Below, piece by piece: positions 1 to 7,250 of a stretch of 39,313 nt of DNA (position 1 is the first letter of the stretch; each line of letters begins with the position of its first letter). The DNA comes from a virus. The notes below the pieces were generated by a model, which saw nothing but the letters and a program-made list of their open reading frames with translations, did not search any database and was not told the DNA's origin. The stretch is from the IMG/VR virus record IMGVR_UViG_3300045594_000200; one strand, written 5' to 3'. The position numbers were made by a program, and so were the translations under genes.

Positions 1-90
1 AAGTTTTCTAAACCGTCAGTGCAGGAACTAGAAGACTATGCAAAATCAATCGAATTTCAGAATTTCAGTGCAAGCAGTTTTCTTGACTAT
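1..90. repeat. Terminal direct repeat. Bases 1-90 are identical to 39224-39313 (circular closure or terminal redundancy). Unique genome length is 39223 bp.
   Basis: Both ends were compared base by base and match exactly. The ORF leaving the 3' end continues in frame from base 1. Confidence 0.95.
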
Positions 91-324
91 TACGAATCTA
101 ACGGTTGGAAGGTTGGCCTGAACCAGATGAAAGACTGGAAGGCAACAGTACGGTACTGGAAACGGAATGACAGTCAGAGAAAGCCACAGCATACCAAGAT
201 TGAAATGCCGAAGTACATGCAAGAGATGAAACAGAATGGAGTGCATGAGACACAGGCTAGTAAAGAGCAGATCGAAGCACTTCAAAAAATGCAGCAGAAA
301 ATCAAAGAAAAGAGGAAACCATGA
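1..324 (+). CDS. Replisome organizer / DnaD-like replication protein, C-terminal part. It continues 38777..39313 across the circular junction, giving about 256 aa in total.
   Basis: Base 1 is in frame with the open ORF that starts at 38777. The C-terminal sequence FSKPSVQELEDYAKSIEF...FLDYYESNGWKVG...DWKATVRYW is typical of the C-terminal domain of phage replisome organizers. Confidence 0.75.
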   Translation, partial: KFSKPSVQELEDYAKSIEFQNFSASSFLDYYESNGWKVGLNQMKDWKATVRYWKRNDSQRKPQHTKIEMPKYMQEMKQNGVHETQASKEQIEALQKMQQKIKEKRKP

Positions 325-497
325 AATATCTAACAGATGCAGTAAACAGCAAAAGCTATAACGTACAAGTCAGTGATTCAGGAATGGTGTTTATCTATCA
401 CGACCATAAGTCAGTCGCAATCAAAGATGCAGACATGGCAGAGATCGTACATGATTGGGAGAATGCTCATGTCAGTACCATTGCCAATGAAAAGTGA
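321..497 (+). CDS. Hypothetical protein (58 aa)
   Basis: The ATG overlaps the upstream stop (ATGA). It is below the ORF-track size cutoff and was translated by hand (MKYLTDAVNSKSYNV...TIANEK). Confidence 0.45.
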   Translation: MKYLTDAVNSKSYNVQVSDSGMVFIYHDHKSVAIKDADMAEIVHDWENAHVSTIANEK

Positions 498-708
498 CGG
501 TTGGGTAATCAGGAACATGAGAGACCTGTATAACTCCCTAGTACCGGAAGAATGCGTAAAAATACTTGGTGGCATGGAGAACACCAGGAGAACTATTGCC
601 TATGCCGGGGGGTGGCCAGAAGAAAACATAACTATCAGGCAGGGGAGCGAGAGTACGTGGGGAGCTGCGGAAGCTAAGCACGTATTCATTGCAGAAAGGA
701 CCAGATGA
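487..708 (+). CDS. Hypothetical protein (73 aa)
   Basis: Internal ATG of ORF 373..708, overlapping the previous ORF by 11 nt. The part of the ORF upstream of this ATG overlaps 321..497. Confidence 0.45.
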   Translation: MKSDGWVIRNMRDLYNSLVPEECVKILGGMENTRRTIAYAGGWPEENITIRQGSESTWGAAEAKHVFIAERTR

Positions 709-971
709 AAAATCTAAGAATATCCACACAGCTATTGTTCCGGTCGCCGGACAATCCACCGCTTGAAAGTGGAAAGTACCTGATTATCTATCATGAGCAT
801 GGTGTGTATACGTTTGGCTACATGCCATATGATGCAACAAGAAACCTGTGGAACGCTTACGAAGGAAGCACGGACTTGTTCTCGAATGAAATGATGCCGT
901 ATGCATGGGCGACAGTACCAAAGGAATTTCTGAAGCGGCTGCATAGAGCAGAGAAAAATTCAGAGAAATAA
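705..971 (+). CDS. Hypothetical protein (88 aa)
   Basis: ATGA overlap with the upstream stop, in the same-strand gene chain. Confidence 0.55.
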   Translation: MKNLRISTQLLFRSPDNPPLESGKYLIIYHEHGVYTFGYMPYDATRNLWNAYEGSTDLFSNEMMPYAWATVPKEFLKRLHRAEKNSEK

Positions 972-1104
972 AATATGCCGTTTATTTTCCGTTTAAGAGC
1001 CATTGAGCCATTAAAGGCATAAACACCGGAGCAACTTAAAAACGTTACGTGTGGCTAACAGAATTAAGCGACAGTGGCATTTGAAGAAAAGACGAGGAAG
1101 AAAT

Positions 1105-1326
1105 ATGAAAGAATTATCAAAAACAGAGGAATATTGGAAAAACGAAGCGTTTCGGAATGAAACAAAAAGCGAATATTCAGAATGGAATGACACAGTAAGA
1201 AACAGGCAATCAATTTTCGATTCTTGCAATGGGAAGTACATGCAGGATCTTGTTGACAAGTACGGATATGAATATGTCGCAAAGAGATTCCGTATGGAAA
1301 AAGAACTGGGAAACAAGGAAAAATAA
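1105..1326 (+). CDS. Hypothetical protein (73 aa)
   Basis: ATG preceded by GAGGAAG, internal to ORF 1051..1326. Confidence 0.5.
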   Translation: MKELSKTEEYWKNEAFRNETKSEYSEWNDTVRNRQSIFDSCNGKYMQDLVDKYGYEYVAKRFRMEKELGNKEK

Positions 1327-1327
1327 A

Positions 1328-1498
1328 ATGTATAAATGCCTGAACTGCGGGGAGATATTTGAAGACACGGAGACCGAAACAGTAAATGCAGCAGATTATT
1401 ACGGCGTTGATCGTAACGGTCATGAAGGCTATCTAACAATCGAAATATGCCCTTACTGCGGAGCAGAGGAAATCGAGGAAATTGACGATGAAGGTTAA
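1328..1498 (+). CDS. Small zinc-ribbon protein (56 aa; CLNCG ... CPYCG)
   Basis: The ATG lies 2 nt after the upstream stop. Two CxxC pairs are present. Confidence 0.55.
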   Translation: MYKCLNCGEIFEDTETETVNAADYYGVDRNGHEGYLTIEICPYCGAEEIEEIDDEG

Positions 1499-1727
1499 AG
1501 ACCTGAAGACAAAATATAACACGCTGGAAATACTTGAATGCAGTTATGGACATTATCTTCCGGAGAGATGTTATTACGGCAAATTGGATGGATTAAAAAA
1601 ACTGCATCCGGAATGGTATGTTTACTCTATTGCAGACATGGACGACACTACATCAGTCATTATCGGTCGGGAAGGAATAGGAGAAGGACCTACTCATTAT
1701 CTGCGGGTTCCGCAAGATAAAAAATGA
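1488..1727 (+). CDS. Hypothetical protein (79 aa)
   Basis: ATG within ORF 1482..1727, overlapping the upstream gene by 11 nt. Confidence 0.5.
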   Translation: MKVKDLKTKYNTLEILECSYGHYLPERCYYGKLDGLKKLHPEWYVYSIADMDDTTSVIIGREGIGEGPTHYLRVPQDKK

Positions 1728-1939
1728 GGTACGGATGCAAAGTAAAGGCACTGGACATAGAGACAAAACAGGTAGTCACCTATGACTGTGCACCTTGCCC
1801 TGTATGCGGCCGCTGGATCGTATTGAGCAGTCAGACAAGGTACTGCGAATACTGCGGAGCAAGAATATCAGCAGACTTCAAAACGCTAGAGTTCAAGAAA
1901 GGGGAAGGAAGTGTTGAGCAGTTGTCAATGCTGAAATAA
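1724..1939 (+). CDS. Small zinc-ribbon protein (71 aa; CPVCG ... CEYCG)
   Basis: ATGA start/stop overlap and two CxxC pairs. Confidence 0.55.
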   Translation: MRYGCKVKALDIETKQVVTYDCAPCPVCGRWIVLSSQTRYCEYCGARISADFKTLEFKKGEGSVEQLSMLK

Positions 1940-1941
1940 TT

Positions 1942-2067
1942 ATGGAATTATCAGTTCTTCAAATAATTGTATGTTCAATACTTCTTGTATTGACCGGAGT
2001 ATTTATTGGAATTGTAATCATGGCACTTATGGTGGCTAGTGAACAAGATGAAAGGAACAGAAGATGA
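1942..2067 (+). CDS. Small single-pass membrane protein (41 aa)
   Basis: Hand translation gives MELSVLQIIVCSILLVLTGVFIGIVIMALMVASEQDERNRR. Its stop overlaps the next ATG (ATGA). Confidence 0.45.
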   Translation: MELSVLQIIVCSILLVLTGVFIGIVIMALMVASEQDERNRR

Positions 2068-2285
2068 AACAGGAATCATTTTTCGGAGACGAAAGCGTAG
2101 TTGATATAGACCATTCAAAGAAATTCAGAGCTGCATCAGCAAGCCAGTTAAATTACATTCACGAATTATACAATCAGCGGGAACGTGATGAACTGTGTGC
2201 CGAATATAGCGTAAGAACATTGAACGGTTTGAGTATGAAAGAAGCTAGTGAAATTATCCAAAGAAAGGTGGATGAAATCAGATGA
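2064..2285 (+). CDS. Hypothetical protein (73 aa)
   Basis: ORF coupled to its neighbours by ATGA overlaps. Confidence 0.55.
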   Translation: MKQESFFGDESVVDIDHSKKFRAASASQLNYIHELYNQRERDELCAEYSVRTLNGLSMKEASEIIQRKVDEIR

Positions 2286-2863
2286 AGAATAAAGAGAAAT
2301 ATGATCTTACAAAGATCATCACGCAAAAGACGGAAGAACAAGGACGCAAAGTAATTAAAATCTATGATTGTTCAGATGAAGAAAACAAGATATTGATTGA
2401 TACAGTTGATCGTGGAGCAGGAGTTCCTAGAAATCAGATTTTCGCAAAGTGGGCGGAGAAAGAATACAAAGAACCGGAAAAGCCTAAGCTGAAGTTCAAG
2501 GTTGGAGATTATGCCATAAATAATTTTAACGAGGTCGTTAAAATCACTGAGGTTGATAATCGTGCAATGATGTATCTCGCTGAAAACAAAATGGGAAGAC
2601 TATTCTACTATGAAAGCGAATTAAGGTTATCACCTCTGAACGAAGCAGAGCATGATTTCTTGCAGTACATGGTCGACCATATCAAGCCGAAGATTGAAAG
2701 GTTTAAAAAATGCATTACTGTAAATCACGGAGAAAAATATTTAGCATTTAATGGTGGCCGTTTTCCTACTTTTTCAGATAGCGAAATGTACGAAGGCATG
2801 GAGCTAGGAATAACCTACACACTAGCCGAGCTTGGACTAGAAAAGGAGAAGAAAAATGACTAG
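2282..2863 (+). CDS. Hypothetical protein (193 aa)
   Basis: ORF with an ATGA overlap. No motif recognised. Confidence 0.6.
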   Translation: MKNKEKYDLTKIITQKTEEQGRKVIKIYDCSDEENKILIDTVDRGAGVPRNQIFAKWAEKEYKEPEKPKLKFKVGDYAINNFNEVVKITEVDNRAMMYLAENKMGRLFYYESELRLSPLNEAEHDFLQYMVDHIKPKIERFKKCITVNHGEKYLAFNGGRFPTFSDSEMYEGMELGITYTLAELGLEKEKKND

Positions 2864-2906
2864 ATATATTGATGCAGAGTTAGAAAGGGATGGTATGCAC
2901 AGATGA
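2856..2906 (+). pseudogene. 16-codon ORF (MTRYIDAELERDGMHR). It looks like an N-terminal relic of the zinc-ribbon paralog family found downstream.
   Basis: AGGAGA lies 6 nt upstream. The MTRYIDA N-terminus matches MTKYIDA (3279) and MRLIDAD (4298). It is coupled by overlaps on both sides. Confidence 0.3.
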
Positions 2907-3205
2907 ATGATGAAAATGAAAAGCTATTTAGCATAGAACAAATTTTGCAGTTAACTGTTGGCAGTCTTGAATGGTATGGAGAAGCAAACCATGATAATCA
3001 AGTTTTAGAGAATATGAAAAATTGTGGAGATTACGCACTGTATTATCTTCTTGACCATTATTGTGAATTAACAAAAAATGCTAGAACAAATTCTGGATAT
3101 GGCAGTGCTGTCATGCTTGGAAAGTATGCATATGACGTTCTGAAAGAAGTACAAGATATGGTTAATCATGCCGTTTACAATTATGAAAGAAAAGGAACGG
3201 TATGA
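2903..3205 (+). CDS. Hypothetical protein (100 aa)
   Basis: ORF with an ATGA overlap. Confidence 0.55.
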   Translation: MNDENEKLFSIEQILQLTVGSLEWYGEANHDNQVLENMKNCGDYALYYLLDHYCELTKNARTNSGYGSAVMLGKYAYDVLKEVQDMVNHAVYNYERKGTV

Positions 3206-3278
3206 AGCATGAATGATGATAATTGGCATAATGGTATATTGATTGGTTTGTGTAGAAAGGTATGTGGCGAAGAAAATC

Positions 3279-3620
3279 ATGACTAAATACATTGATGCCA
3301 ATAAATTTAGAGATTATCTTGTAACAGCAAGAGATAGAAGAATTGATAATCCATTGTATGAAGAAGAATTAAATAATCTAAATTATGCAATAACTCAACT
3401 TGATAATCAGCCAACCGCCGATGTTCAACCAATAGTTCATGCAAAATGGATATACGACAGAGACGGAATGGACTGGAATCTAGGAGCGTGGAAATGCAGT
3501 AAATGCAAACAAAGAAACATAAATATTGCAGGTCAAGAAAACATAAATCCATTAGCGTTTGTTGGAAGCAAATTTTGTCCTCATTGCGGAGCAAGAATGG
3601 ATGGTGATGAACATGAGTGA
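3279..3620 (+). CDS. Zinc-ribbon paralog 1 (113 aa; C-terminal FCPHCGARMDGDEHE)
   Basis: Internal ATG of ORF 3243..3620 giving MTKYIDAN. Contains CSKC ... CPHCG and shares its N- and C-termini with paralog 4. Confidence 0.6.
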   Translation: MTKYIDANKFRDYLVTARDRRIDNPLYEEELNNLNYAITQLDNQPTADVQPIVHAKWIYDRDGMDWNLGAWKCSKCKQRNINIAGQENINPLAFVGSKFCPHCGARMDGDEHE

Positions 3621-3885
3621 TACTTTTAAACCAGTAGTCGAAGGTATGGAATTCCATACTATTGATGGTACAGGATTCCAAGAATCAGTATTAGTTTCAA
3701 ACGGTGGAAAAGTAACAGATGGAACATACAGGGACAAGTATTATTATCCATTGATTCATGCTTATTGGAAATATGATAAAAATGGTTTGTTCTGGTGTTC
3801 AAGATGTGAATGTGTTCCAGCCACAAAATCAAAATTCTGTCCTAGTTGTGGAGCAAAGATGGATGGTGATGAACACGAAAGATAA
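3613..3885 (+). CDS. Zinc-ribbon paralog 2 (90 aa; C-terminal FCPSCGAKMDGDEHER)
   Basis: The ATG overlaps the paralog 1 stop (ATGAGTGA). Contains CSRC ... CPSCG. Confidence 0.6.
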   Translation: MSDTFKPVVEGMEFHTIDGTGFQESVLVSNGGKVTDGTYRDKYYYPLIHAYWKYDKNGLFWCSRCECVPATKSKFCPSCGAKMDGDEHER

Positions 3886-4045
3886 AGTCTATACGGTCCG
3901 GTTGACCAGACATCAGATGCAAGCGTTGCATGGCGTTCTTGAATCACAGCCACATCTTAGTCCCGAGCTGAGAGAAATTGATGACAGGCTGTTTAACCAT
4001 CTATATGTGCTAGAAAGGTACGGTGATACGCATGACAACGGATGA
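3869..4045 (+). CDS. Hypothetical protein (58 aa)
   Basis: The ATG lies inside the 3' end of paralog 2. The start could instead be 3863. Confidence 0.45.
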   Translation: MNTKDKVYTVRLTRHQMQALHGVLESQPHLSPELREIDDRLFNHLYVLERYGDTHDNG

Positions 4046-4301
4046 AGCCATAAGTGTTTTAAAAAATATAAATGATTTATTCGGTGCAGAGTATGAGAAC
4101 ACGAATCCTATGATTGCTATTGATATGGCTATTAAAGCATTAAAAGATCAGCCAAAGACAACGTATTTGATAAGAAAAGAAGATGGACACCAAGTTTATT
4201 GGCAATGTGCTAATTGTAAAAATTACCATTCTGAAGCTTCTGATTATTGTTCAAATTGTGGAGCAAAGATGGATAAAAAAACAGAGGACTTAGGACTATG
4301 A
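4023..4301 (+). CDS. Zinc-ribbon paralog 3 (about 90 aa; C-terminal YCSNCGAKMD)
   Basis: Contains CANC ... CSNCG. The start is GTG 4023 or ATG 4032. Confidence 0.55.
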   Translation: MIRMTTDEAISVLKNINDLFGAEYENTNPMIAIDMAIKALKDQPKTTYLIRKEDGHQVYWQCANCKNYHSEASDYCSNCGAKMDKKTEDLGL

Positions 4302-4621
4302 GATTGATTGATGCAGATGAGCTGTTAGTTACAAACGATCTAGCTGACAAGAATAAGTATGGCAGAGGCCGCCATCTTAACCGTGATGCAATGAATACGA
4401 TGATGCTGTACGAGTTTAAGGGAATGGTGGATGATGCACCAACCGCTGATGCGAAAATAATTAGGCACGCTTATTGGGAAACACCAACAAAAACAAGTGC
4501 ACACATGACAAGATGTTCTCATTGTAAAAATTCAGTTGGTGTAGTTAGCCCTAATTCAAATTATTTATATTGCCCTTGGTGTGGGGCGAAGATGGATGAA
4601 AGGACAGAGGAGAAAAAATAA
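4298..4621 (+). CDS. Zinc-ribbon paralog 4 (107 aa; C-terminal YCPWCGAKMD)
   Basis: ATGA overlap. MRLIDADELL ... APTADA..IRHAYW ... CSHC ... CPWCG parallels paralog 1. Confidence 0.6.
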   Translation: MRLIDADELLVTNDLADKNKYGRGRHLNRDAMNTMMLYEFKGMVDDAPTADAKIIRHAYWETPTKTSAHMTRCSHCKNSVGVVSPNSNYLYCPWCGAKMDERTEEKK

Positions 4622-5013
4622 TGGATACAGAAAATCCAGAAGTGAAAAACCTACTTAACAGTATTGAAAGAGTACGCAATGAAGCTCAAAAAAAATTTGA
4701 ACAAAACAAGATAATTGATGGTGAAAAAGCAAGAGCACGAATGCAGACATATGGATGGATACGCAACCAGCTAGATCAAATATTAGAGGGTATCAAACCA
4801 GTTTCAAAAAAGGTAAAAAGATTATCGATCAATTCAAAGGACGAAATTAAGCTGATTGAAAGCCATGATAGAATAAACCATAAATCTCCAAACCCAAAAT
4901 GTAGGCACTATACAACCTTCGCCGGAGATCACTATTGCGGCATTGAAGCTGATATGAAATTCTGCACTCATTACTGCGCGTTTGCAGATGAGTATGGTGA
5001 TCATCGTGGTTAA
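4621..5013 (+). CDS. Hypothetical Cys/His-rich protein (130 aa)
   Basis: TAATG overlap. The C-terminus reads CRHY..HYC..C.HYC. Confidence 0.55.
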   Translation: MDTENPEVKNLLNSIERVRNEAQKKFEQNKIIDGEKARARMQTYGWIRNQLDQILEGIKPVSKKVKRLSINSKDEIKLIESHDRINHKSPNPKCRHYTTFAGDHYCGIEADMKFCTHYCAFADEYGDHRG

Positions 5014-5124
5014 GAACATTTCGCTATTGATGAAGACAAAGGAGATGGTTGGTTGCTTCAAAAAGGATGGGTAATATTTGCAACCAAGGAGGTCAATGAT
5101 GGAATGGCGGGAGGTAGATGACGA

Positions 5125-5328
5125 TTGACGATTGAAGAACTTGAAAATTTTAAAGGTCTTGGCTCTGAGGTGTTGGCAATCCAAAACGAGATAGATAGCC
5201 TTTACAGCCCTGTTTGTTGTCCTAATGGTCAGACGGGTGGCGGACATTCGAGCACACCATCAATTGAACTGTCCCACCATACAGGCAGAGTATACAAGTT
5301 TATATTCAAGGAAGAAGGGGAAGGATGA
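5125..5328 (+). CDS. Hypothetical protein (67 aa). Its N-terminal half resembles that of the next gene.
   Basis: TTG start 10 nt after GGGAGG. A coiled segment is followed by SP..G..GGGHSSTPS, as seen in small phage late-regulator families. Confidence 0.4.
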   Translation: MTIEELENFKGLGSEVLAIQNEIDSLYSPVCCPNGQTGGGHSSTPSIELSHHTGRVYKFIFKEEGEG

Positions 5329-5759
5329 ACAATGAAAACAGAAAGAGAGTAAGGTGGTTCAAAAATGAATTATCTTCTATTGATTACAGTGATTCTATTA
5401 TTGCAGACTTGGAAGAAAAGTTGGTTGTATTAGACAATCGTTTTGAAGCTCATTCGCCAAAGACAAACGGAATACATAATACGTCTGCTTCTGATCGTGA
5501 CCAGCAATTATTAGACTATACAGAGAAAAGGAATGATATATTGGCTCAGCTTCAAAAGGAAAAGACAAAGAAAAATCAAGTTGAAGGAATACTTAGCCTT
5601 ATACCGTCCGAATATGTAAAAATGATAACCGATACATCAGCTCAAAAGGTTACGTGGGAATGTGAAGCAATGAGAAAAGGGCTAAGCAGAAAGGCATTGT
5701 GCTGTAAAATTGATCGTGCAATCCTTGAAGCAATGAATATTTATTTCAATAAATTATAA
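5325..5759 (+). CDS. Putative phage transcriptional regulator (144 aa; sigma-70 region-4-like / RinA-ArpU-DUF1492-like architecture)
   Basis: ATGA overlap. A coiled N-terminal part is followed by a C-terminal HTH-like segment (WECEAMRKGLSRKALCCKIDRAILEA). The family assignment is from memory only. Confidence 0.35.
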   Translation: MNNENRKRVRWFKNELSSIDYSDSIIADLEEKLVVLDNRFEAHSPKTNGIHNTSASDRDQQLLDYTEKRNDILAQLQKEKTKKNQVEGILSLIPSEYVKMITDTSAQKVTWECEAMRKGLSRKALCCKIDRAILEAMNIYFNKL

Positions 5760-5773
5760 ATTCTTATATAAGG

Positions 5774-5797
5774 GCAGGGATAATTCCCTGCTTTTAT
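5774..5797 (+). terminator. Rho-independent terminator ending the + strand early operon
   Basis: GCAGGGA-taat-TCCCTGC followed by TTTTAT. Confidence 0.75.
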
Positions 5798-5798
5798 A

Positions 5799-5822
5799 TA
5801 AAAATGCGGTATTATTCCGCAT
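5799..5822 (-). terminator. Rho-independent terminator ending the reverse-strand island
   Basis: On the minus strand, ATGCGG-aataata-CCGCAT is followed by TTTTT. It overlaps the stop codon of 5812..6069. Confidence 0.6.
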
Positions 5823-6069
5823 CTTTATGATTTCCATCATAGCCTTCAAGAAATTCCGAAATATCTTTGAAACCATTTGTCTTATTGCAAATATATAGGG
5901 CTTTTTTGATAAACTGTGTCTTGTTGCTAAGAGCTTTCCAATAATCTATATATTCTTGATCTGTGGCCTTATTAAACCGAACAGAAACAGTCATGGTATT
6001 ATCTAAATTATACTGTGTTTGATACTTCAGCTTATGTTTAGCCCAATTAGGCAATTCTTTCTCTTTCAT
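5812..6069 (-). CDS. Putative ribbon-helix-helix-like small DNA-binding protein (85 aa), paralog A
   Basis: PNW..YQTQYN...TVSVRFNKATDQEYIDYWKALSNKTQFIKKAL is paralogous to the adjacent gene. The RHH assignment is inferred from the pattern. Confidence 0.5.
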   Translation of the reverse strand: MKEKELPNWAKHKLKYQTQYNLDNTMTVSVRFNKATDQEYIDYWKALSNKTQFIKKALYICNKTNGFKDISEFLEGYDGNHKDAE

Positions 6070-6290
6070 ATATTTCTCTTTATCTCCATTCCTAGTTCTT
6101 CCTTAGCGTATCTGATAACGCAATCCTTCAAGAACTTATTCTTGTTTGGTATGATCTTCCATATTTCGATGATTTCTGAATCAGTGAACTTGTTGAACCG
6201 GCAGCTAACACCAACAGTATACTTTTTGTTGTATTCTCTCTGCCGTTCCATCTGATTTTCATACCAGGTTGGAACCTTTTTTCTTGGCAT
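6066..6290 (-). CDS. Putative ribbon-helix-helix-like small DNA-binding protein (74 aa), paralog B
   Basis: ATG at 6290 is preceded by AGGAGG. PTW..RQREYN..YTVGVSCRFNKFTDSEIIEIWKIIPNKNKFLKD parallels paralog A. Confidence 0.5.
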   Translation of the reverse strand: MPRKKVPTWYENQMERQREYNKKYTVGVSCRFNKFTDSEIIEIWKIIPNKNKFLKDCVIRYAKEELGMEIKRNI

Positions 6291-6334
6291 ATATATTCCT
6301 CCTAACAAATTGTATTTCAATTCAAGACTTTGTG

Positions 6335-6670
6335 TCAAATGGTAATGTAATCAAGTTCTGAAAAGTTGTCTATAACATAGTCCGCCATAGCATACCGAAT
6401 AGCACTGTTTTTAAGCATCAGTTCCAAGTCGTCTTTATCAAAGTAAATATAGCGGCCATTCACACGTCTAAGAAGCTCACTTACTGTATCGGGGTAATCT
6501 TCAATACAATTACATTCAAAATACTGCGAAAGGATCCTGGCGCATCCATCAGGATTCTTTAACATATATTCAAGGTCTTCAATTCCTTCTTCCTTGGAAG
6601 AATAAAAATCTTCCCAATTCATACCAACCAATTCATTCCAAATCTTAGTTACAAGGTTTTCGTTATTCAT
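6335..6670 (-). CDS. Hypothetical acidic protein (111 aa)
   Basis: ORF with GGAGGG upstream and an ATGA-type overlap. D/E-rich. Confidence 0.6.
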   Translation of the reverse strand: MNNENLVTKIWNELVGMNWEDFYSSKEEGIEDLEYMLKNPDGCARILSQYFECNCIEDYPDTVSELLRRVNGRYIYFDKDDLELMLKNSAIRYAMADYVIDNFSELDYITI

Positions 6671-7041
6671 TTTGCCCTCCTAATGTCTTCTATGACATAT
6701 TCTTCTTTCTTCCATGGCATACTATTATCCTGTTCTGATAGCTTAATTACAAAATTCTGATCCTGTGACAATACATCAGCCAATATTTCATTAGCTGCTT
6801 GAATTGCTATCTGTTCCATATGGGCATTTGACCGATTACAAGTAACAAGCAATTCAGGCGGGTACTTTAAAGAATTGAATACTGCTATGCTTTCTCTGCC
6901 ATTGCTTCTAGTGACCGGCATTGTTTCGAGATAATAGCCATGTGACTTCTTACGTATGACCGTTACCCTCATATAGTTGGCATCAGCCATATTCTCATTC
7001 TTCTTACCCAAAATTCTGAAGTATCTGATATATCTTGCCAT
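6667..7041 (-). CDS. Hypothetical protein (124 aa)
   Basis: ORF with a TGATG overlap with the upstream gene. Confidence 0.6.
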   Translation of the reverse strand: MARYIRYFRILGKKNENMADANYMRVTVIRKKSHGYYLETMPVTRSNGRESIAVFNSLKYPPELLVTCNRSNAHMEQIAIQAANEILADVLSQDQNFVIKLSEQDNSMPWKKEEYVIEDIRRAK

Positions 7042-7250
7042 CAGTAATCAACTCCTTCATTTTCACAATTCATCTGTCTTATTGTTTCGTCTATTTCATC
7101 AATCAATTCATCTACATAATCGTATACATAGTTATCTTTATCATGATAAAAGTTTTCTGAAATGTCCTGTATTCTCTTTGCATACCTCTTGATCTGTTCC
7201 ATCTGCTTGAATGATTCTTTATTGAAACTCAGCCTGCGCATAAAATTCAT
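7041..7250 (-). CDS. Hypothetical acidic protein (about 66-69 aa)
   Basis: The ORF overlaps the 3' end of the ArdC-like gene. The start is 7250 or 7241. Confidence 0.5.
   Translation of the reverse strand: MNFMRRLSFNKESFKQMEQIKRYAKRIQDISENFYHDKDNYVYDYVDELIDEIDETIRQMNCENEGVDY

Noticed and set aside
373-486. N-terminal part of ORF 373..708
   Set aside because: It overlaps the better-supported 321..497 ORF, which has an ATGA coupling. Only the part from ATG 487 onward was kept as a gene.
712-722. DnaA-box-like ATATCCACA
   Set aside because: It is a single imperfect copy inside a coding region, with no cluster.
1011-1553. 180-aa minus-strand ORF (with 1064..1423 in another frame)
   Set aside because: It lies antisense to a chain of + strand genes that have RBSs and start/stop overlaps. 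The product is Phe/Leu/Ser-rich and low in complexity, which is typical of the antisense frame of Lys/Glu-rich genes. There is no RBS.
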